Assembly (NCBI GenBank): GCA_003507445.1
Contig: DNVR01000019.1
Coordinates: 142,132-206,131 of the forward strand
Direction of reading: 5' to 3'
Length of the DNA: 64,000 bases
From: Candidatus Moraniibacteriota bacterium
GTDB lineage: Bacteria; Patescibacteriota; Minisyncoccia; Moranbacterales; GWC2-37-73
The translations under genes and the position numbers were made by a program. Positions 59,178 through 64,000 of this stretch are shown in pieces; position 1 is the stretch's first letter; every line of letters starts with the position of its first letter. The notes below the pieces were generated by a model. It did not search any database. It was not told the DNA's origin and saw only the letters and a program-made list of their open reading frames with translations.

Positions 59178-59298
59178 TTTCATAATTACTAATTACCAAT
59201 TACTAATTTCTAACAAAAACAAAAATAAAAAATGTCTAATTGTTTGAAATTTGACATTGAAAATTTTATTAGATATTAGAAATTAGATATTAGAAATT
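59178..59298. repeat. Inverted-heptamer element between rpsB and tsf
   Basis: TTACTAA/TTACCAA/TTTCTAA..AATGTCTAA..TTGACATT..(TTAGATA/TTAGAAA)n. Confidence 0.8.
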
Positions 59299-59307
59299 TT
59301 TAAACCT

Positions 59308-59883
59308 ATGTTTGAACTAGTAAAAAAAATTAGAGAGCGTACTGGAGCTGGAATGGTTGCAATTAAAAAAGCTGTTGATGAAGCTGGTGGTGATGAGGAA
59401 AAGGCAATCGAAATTCTTCGCAAGCAGGGAGAAAGCAAGGCTGCCAAAAAAGCAGATCGCGTCACAAAGGAGGGCGTTGTTGTTTCTTATGTGCATTCAA
59501 ATAAGGTTGGTGCTTTGGTTAAATTGCTTTGCGAAACTGACTTTGTTGCTCGCAATGAGGAATTTGTTGCGCTTGCCAAAGACATCGCAATGCATATTAC
59601 AGCAATGAGTCCAAAGTTTATCAAACCGGAAGATGTGCCAACTGAATTGATTGAAAAAGAGAAGGAAATTTGGCGTGCACTTTTGGAAACTGAGAAAAAG
59701 CCCGCAGAAATGATTGAGAAAATTATGGCAGGGAAAGAAAAGAAGTTCAGAGAAGAGTCAGCACTTTTAACTCAATCTTTCGTTAAAAATCCAGAGATCA
59801 CAGTTAATGAATTGATTGTGGAAGCTATTGGAAAAATGGGAGAAAAAATTGAAGTTAGTGAAATTTCAAGAATTGAATTATAA
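59308..59883 (+). CDS. tsf: Elongation factor Ts (short form)
   Basis: RERTGAGM, CETDFVARN, IAMHI, LLTQSFVK. Confidence 0.96.
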   Translation: MFELVKKIRERTGAGMVAIKKAVDEAGGDEEKAIEILRKQGESKAAKKADRVTKEGVVVSYVHSNKVGALVKLLCETDFVARNEEFVALAKDIAMHITAMSPKFIKPEDVPTELIEKEKEIWRALLETEKKPAEMIEKIMAGKEKKFREESALLTQSFVKNPEITVNELIVEAIGKMGEKIEVSEISRIEL

Positions 59884-59958
59884 ATTGAAGTATAATTTTT
59901 TGTACAATAAAGCAAGCATTTTGTTGTGAGTCGTAAGTTGTTAGTTGTAAGTCAATTT

Positions 59959-60735
59959 ATGTATAGATATTCAGTTCGTGTGTATAGCTGGGAACCGGCG
60001 CGTCAATGCAAGAGTGAAAATGAATTTCAAACTGGCGACACCATTGTCGTAAAGGAGGATTTGGCTACTGAAATTGCATATATCGAAGATGGCGAAGGGG
60101 TTGTGATGAAAGAAAGAAACACTACGATTGTTCGTAAGGCAACGCAGCGAGATTTGGATATGCTTGCAAAGAATGAAGAAAAAAAAGGAGAAATTTTGAA
60201 ATTGAGCAAAATAGAAATCAAGCGCTTGTCGCTGAATATGAAACTGGTGGATGTGCATATTAGTCTTGATGGAAGTAATGCCGTTATTCTTTTTACTGCT
60301 GATGAGCGAGTTGATTTTCGCGAGTTGGTAAAAAATCTTTCCAAAATCTTTCATCGCTCCGTGCGAATGCATCAAGTTGGTTCGCGCGATGAAGCGAGAA
60401 AACTTGGAGGATGTGGAGTTTGCGGCAGAGATCTTTGTTGTTTGCGTTTTCCAGGGAGCTTGCCTAGCATTTCAATTGATATGGCTCGCGTGCAACAAGT
60501 TGCACACAGGGGAAGTGAAAGAATCTCTGGGGTTTGTGGGCGACTCATGTGTTGTCTTTCATATGAAGCTGCTCAATATCAGCAAATGATGGTTGGAATG
60601 CCTGAAGTTCGAAGTCATGTGAAAATTCGCGAAGGCAAAGGCGAGGTTATCGAATTGAATGTATTGACAGGAGATGTTAAGATAAGGATGGCTGACGGAA
60701 CGATTATGGTTGTGAAGAAAGAGGCACTCATCTAA
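59959..60735 (+). CDS. PSP1/YaaT (RicT) family protein
   Basis: FTADERVDFRELVK, GGCGVCGRDLCC, SGVCGRLMCCLSYE. Confidence 0.9.
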   Translation: MYRYSVRVYSWEPARQCKSENEFQTGDTIVVKEDLATEIAYIEDGEGVVMKERNTTIVRKATQRDLDMLAKNEEKKGEILKLSKIEIKRLSLNMKLVDVHISLDGSNAVILFTADERVDFRELVKNLSKIFHRSVRMHQVGSRDEARKLGGCGVCGRDLCCLRFPGSLPSISIDMARVQQVAHRGSERISGVCGRLMCCLSYEAAQYQQMMVGMPEVRSHVKIREGKGEVIELNVLTGDVKIRMADGTIMVVKKEALI

Positions 60736-60772
60736 ATTTCTTCCTAATTTTTTCAAAATAATTTTGAATCAA

Positions 60773-61444
60773 ATGTTAAACTATATCTTACCACCAATAA
60801 TAATTGTTATCAGCATTTCTATTTTGATAATGTTTCTTTTTCGTAAAGCTGCGCAGATTCCAGCGGGAGAATTTATTGCAGATGAACAAAGAAATGAAAA
60901 TGAAAAAAAGAGTTTCAAGTTGTTTCAAGCAGTTGGACAATTGGGATTGAAAATATTGGAAAGATTGATGCATCATTCAAAATTGTTGTCACTTAAGTTT
61001 CACAATGTTAGCAATGCTTGGTTCCAAACAATTCGTGAAAAAAGACAACGAAGTGTACAATTGCAAAAAGAAGAGCAGGAGAAAAAAGTTTTGCTTAATA
61101 CTGAATTCCAACAGACTGATGAAGTGAAGGACAGTGAGGCTGTGAATGTTCAATATAAAAGTAATGTTGTGGAAGAAGTGAGAACATCCAGACCAATGGT
61201 TAAAGATGCCGTAACAATGCCTAGGCAAAAAATGGTAAAAGAAAAAAATCAATTGGAAGAAGCATTGATCAAACGAATTGCTGTAAACCCTCGTGACATA
61301 GAAGCATACGAAAGATTGGGGGATTATTATTTGGAAGGAGACAATTTTCAAGATTCACTGGAATGTTTCAAGCAAGTCCTGCGTTTGAGCCCTGCTCATC
61401 ACAAAGCACGTCTTAGAATCAGGAGACTTGAAAGAATGAAATAG
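60773..61444 (+). CDS. Membrane-anchored TPR protein
   Basis: N-terminal TM; NPRDIEAYERLGDYY..FKQVLRLSP. Confidence 0.8.
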   Translation: MLNYILPPIIIVISISILIMFLFRKAAQIPAGEFIADEQRNENEKKSFKLFQAVGQLGLKILERLMHHSKLLSLKFHNVSNAWFQTIREKRQRSVQLQKEEQEKKVLLNTEFQQTDEVKDSEAVNVQYKSNVVEEVRTSRPMVKDAVTMPRQKMVKEKNQLEEALIKRIAVNPRDIEAYERLGDYYLEGDNFQDSLECFKQVLRLSPAHHKARLRIRRLERMK

Positions 61445-61467
61445 ATAGTGTAAGATTGGAAGATATT

Positions 61468-61539
61468 GCCACCCTAGCTCAACGGTAGAGCTACTGTTTT
61501 GTAAACAGTAGGTTATCGGTTCAAATCCGGTGGGTGGCT
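61468..61539 (+). tRNA. tRNA-Thr(TGT)
   Basis: GCCACCC/GGGTGGC acceptor, ACTGT-TTTGTAA-ACAGT, TTCAAAT loop. Confidence 0.95.
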
Positions 61540-61577
61540 CAAGATGGATAGAGGAATATAAGAGTAGTTTTTAAAAT

Positions 61578-61660
61578 GGGCGGATGGCAGAGCGGTCAAA
61601 TGCTCCGCACTGTAAATGCGGCGCCTTCGGGCTACGGGGGTTCGAATCCCTCTCCTCCCA
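61578..61660 (+). tRNA. tRNA-Tyr(GTA)
   Basis: CCGCA-CTGTAAA-TGCGG, long variable arm, TTCGAAT; one acceptor-stem mismatch. Confidence 0.92.
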
Positions 61661-61698
61661 CAGTATAAAACAAAAGAGAAAAATTGCAGAAGTAAAAC

Positions 61699-61970
61699 GC
61701 CGTTGTAGCTCAGTTGGTAGAGCACATCCTTGGTAAACTCCCTGCCCACCATTTAGGAAACTGAATGGCGAATCCCGAATAACGGTTAAAGGCCTTGCAT
61801 TGGGTTCAGACCGTGGCGTGAATAATTTTTTTCGCCCGAACGACTGACAAGGGGAGCTAAGTCCGATGGATATGCTTAATATACAGTCTAATCCTCTACA
61901 ATAGATGCAATATAAAAAATAGAGGTGCAAATGAGGGATGAGGTCACCGGTCCGATTCCGGTCAACGGCT
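61699..61970 (+). tRNA. tRNA-Thr(GGT), intron-containing (exons 61699-61734 and 61934-61970)
   Basis: GCCGTTG/CAACGGC acceptor; CATCC/GGATG anticodon stem halves separated by 199 nt. Confidence 0.9.
61735..61933 (+). ncRNA. Group I self-splicing intron
   Basis: U before the 5' site, terminal G, IGS TCCCTGCC, P4 ACGGTT/GACCGT, P7 GACTG/CAGTC, P9 CCTCTA/TAGAGG. Confidence 0.85.
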
Positions 61971-62073
61971 CAGGTTTGAATAAATTAATTATCATATAAC
62001 ATAAAACATATAGCATATAACATGGGATGCAGGGTTGCTCCATGATCAATGCTCCATGTTCCATGAAAATATT

Positions 62074-62238
62074 ATGGCGACAAAGACAAAGGAAAATCTA
62101 GTGAAACTAAAGTGCAGCGAATGCAAAGAAATCAACTATTACACTTCACGTAACAAAAAGAAGATCAAAGAAAAACTTGAACTGAACAAATTCTGCAATC
62201 ATTGCAGAAAACACACTGAACACAAGGAAATGAAGTAG
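62074..62238 (+). CDS. rpmG: 50S ribosomal protein L33
   Basis: LKCSECKEINYYTSRNKK..LELNKFCNHCRKHTEHKE. Confidence 0.97.
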   Translation: MATKTKENLVKLKCSECKEINYYTSRNKKKIKEKLELNKFCNHCRKHTEHKEMK

Positions 62239-62304
62239 TCAATTTACCCGCTTTATGGCGGGTAAATAATTTTAAATTTGAAATTCCACGCCTAGCGTGG
62301 GCAT

Positions 62305-62375
62305 GCGGGCGTCGTATAGTGGTAGTACGTCGGTCTCCAAAACCGTTGGCGTGGGTTCGATTCCTGCCGCCCGTG
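62305..62375 (+). tRNA. tRNA-Trp(CCA)
   Basis: GCGGGCG/CGCCCGT acceptor, CGGT-CTCCAAA-ACCG, TTCGATT loop. Confidence 0.95.
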
Positions 62376-62436
62376 CAGATAAATTTAAAAAGCACCTATT
62401 TTTTAATAGGTGCTTTTTAAATTTATTCTTCTTGGA

Positions 62437-62567
62437 CACGGCAGGAATCGAAGGGTATTTCAAAAATGCAAACGATTTTGCATTTTTGAAAACCCCGGCT
62501 CTGGAGGAGGAATTTCTCTGCGTACTCGCGAGAAATTTCGGGGGAAGAGGATTCCTGCACCCCGTGC
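62437..62567. repeat. Element bounded by inverted and direct copies of the tRNA-Trp 3' end
   Basis: GGCAGGAATCGAA (inverted T-arm) and GATTCCTGCACCCCGTGCA (direct copy). Confidence 0.7.
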
Positions 62568-62706
62568 AAAAATAGCTTAAAAACGCTTAAATAAAGCGTT
62601 TTTTGCGTTTTATATTTGACAAAATAAATTAATTGACATACAATTCAATGTTACTAAAATTAGTGTATAATAGATTTTTCAATTTTAGTATTGAAAGGAG
62701 AAAGAA

Positions 62707-62907
62707 ATGAAGAGAAAAGTAACATTCAGAAGGTACGCCTTGCCGAGTCCAGGAGAGGAAGATGAGAGGGGAGATTTCATCGATTCCTTCAGTGAGGAAA
62801 TTGAAGGGGTGAATCTCATGGACATCGGTGAAAAAGCAGATGAGAGAGCTGAACAGCTTTCGAAAGAATGGAAAGAGGATGTGCAAGTTTTTGAAATTCT
62901 CGTATGA
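62707..62907 (+). CDS. Small acidic hypothetical protein
   Basis: AAAGGAG SD, TTGACA-17-TAAAAT upstream. Confidence 0.6.
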   Translation: MKRKVTFRRYALPSPGEEDERGDFIDSFSEEIEGVNLMDIGEKADERAEQLSKEWKEDVQVFEILV

Positions 62908-62959
62908 GTTGTAGTTCATTTCAGCGGACATAAGTCCATCAAAAAGGAGGAGGTACGGT

Positions 62960-63259
62960 ATGAAAAATCAGAATGGCTACACTCTTGTTGAGTTACTGAT
63001 TGTTCTGGTTATTGTGTTCATTGTTTGTGGCTACGGACTCATTGGTGCAGGGGTTATGGGGAATGCATGGTTTACTGAGAAAGGGGTTTTAAAGAAAATC
63101 CAGGCAAATCATCCTAAGATAACAAAACTCATTGACACAGAGAGAAACATGTTTCGGTATTCGGTTATTACCGTAGAGGAGAATGATCAAAGAAAGCAGT
63201 ACGACCTTGATTCTAATGTTCTCTTTAATTACAAAATCCTGAATCATGGAAGTAAATAG
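62960..63259 (+). CDS. Prepilin-type N-terminal cleavage/methylation domain protein
   Basis: QNG-YTLVELLIVLVI class III signal; AGGAGGAGG SD. Confidence 0.75.
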   Translation: MKNQNGYTLVELLIVLVIVFIVCGYGLIGAGVMGNAWFTEKGVLKKIQANHPKITKLIDTERNMFRYSVITVEENDQRKQYDLDSNVLFNYKILNHGSK

Positions 63260-63534
63260 TGTCCAAAAGTGATTCAAAAAAGTGCATCTTGGTATTGCCA
63301 GGCTCTGCACTTTTTTAATTGTTCAAATTTGCTGTAATAAGGCTTGAGCACGTTGTAATCTGACATCAATTCTGTCCCAATTTTCCAAAATTTGCTGTCA
63401 GTGGTATTTTCTTCAGAGGCGGGAAGGCACAGTCTTGTGCGGTTATAAAAAATCTTTGGCTAACTTTTTTGAATAGGGTAATGTGTGAGATTGAAACTGT
63501 GCTATGATGTTAGTATAAGTTTTAAAATAATTTT

Positions 63535-63930
63535 ATGAATTCATACAATTGGTATTCGCAGCTCATCAAGCCTGTTTGGTCTCCGCCAGCTTTTCTTTTC
63601 GGACCGGTTTGGACATTTCTATATGTTTTGATTGCTGTATCTTTTGGAAAAGTTTTTTGGATGTTTTGGAAAAAGGAAATAGCATTTGCTGTGGCTTTGC
63701 CATTTTTGCTCAATCTTGTTTTTAATTTCGCTTTTACTCCGCTTCAATTTGGGCTTAAGAATAATCTTTTGGCAGCAGTTGATATTTTGCTTGTGCTGGG
63801 AACTCTTGTTTGGGCAATGATTGCGATTTATCCGCATTCACGCTGGATTGCATATATTCAAATCCCATATTTGCTTTGGGTTTCGTTCGCAACAATTTTA
63901 CAGCTGACGATTACTTATTTAAACAGGTAG
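63535..63930 (+). CDS. tspO: TspO/MBR tryptophan-rich sensory protein
   Basis: WYSQLIKPVWSPP..FGPVWTFLY, PYLLWVSFATIL. Confidence 0.92.
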   Translation: MNSYNWYSQLIKPVWSPPAFLFGPVWTFLYVLIAVSFGKVFWMFWKKEIAFAVALPFLLNLVFNFAFTPLQFGLKNNLLAAVDILLVLGTLVWAMIAIYPHSRWIAYIQIPYLLWVSFATILQLTITYLNR

Positions 63931-64000
63931 TGAAAATATAAAGTTCAAAAGCGTCTTTGTGCGTGAGAAAATACAAAAAAAGAATTACGTATTAAATTGC

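Noticed and set aside
61737-61933. Archaeal-type BHB intron at 37/38 or 38/39
   Set aside because: No bulge-helix-bulge; group I core pairings and the guide sequence support 36/37
61513-62575. ORFs at 61513, 61571, 62165, 62272 and 62297
   Set aside because: They overlap tRNA genes and the intron; none resembles a homing endonuclease
63270-63460. Minus-strand open stretch between the pilin-like gene and tspO
   Set aside because: No convincing start or recognisable motif; at most a remnant

Overview
AT-rich bacterial chromosome segment, code 11. Gene content and style (short EF-Ts, DUF5663-like protein beside a VirB4/TraD-like ATPase, GT2/GT39 proteins, core genes without Shine-Dalgarno sites) suggest Patescibacteria/CPR (Parcubacteria); this is an inference. 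Core genes: folA, gatB, miaA, miaB, thrS, dnaE, rnhB, rpmF, nusB, rnc, murD, murA, mreB, holB, an ftsQ-like gene, rmuC, prmC, prfA, rpmE, rpsB, tsf, rpmG, tspO and four tRNAs. The unusual signal is mostly non-coding: (1) tRNA-Thr(GGU) is split at 36/37 by a 199-nt group I intron whose guide sequence pairs with both exons; (2) thrS has a T-box leader with a very short stem I and an ACC specifier that would read that same tRNA; (3) a family of about 110-120 bp elements built from inverted 7-nt tandem arrays sits in many intergenic regions, and its arrays are also found in frame inside miaA, miaB, prmC, gatB, rnhB and two GT4 genes; (4) at least four palindromic REP/RPE-like families occur, several translated inside genes; (5) two copies of a ~150 bp repeat differ by inversion of their 86-bp core; (6) an element bounded by tRNA-Trp 3' end copies follows tRNA-Trp. 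No CRISPR array, rRNA, transposase or integrase is visible. All calls are by eye; no database searches were run.
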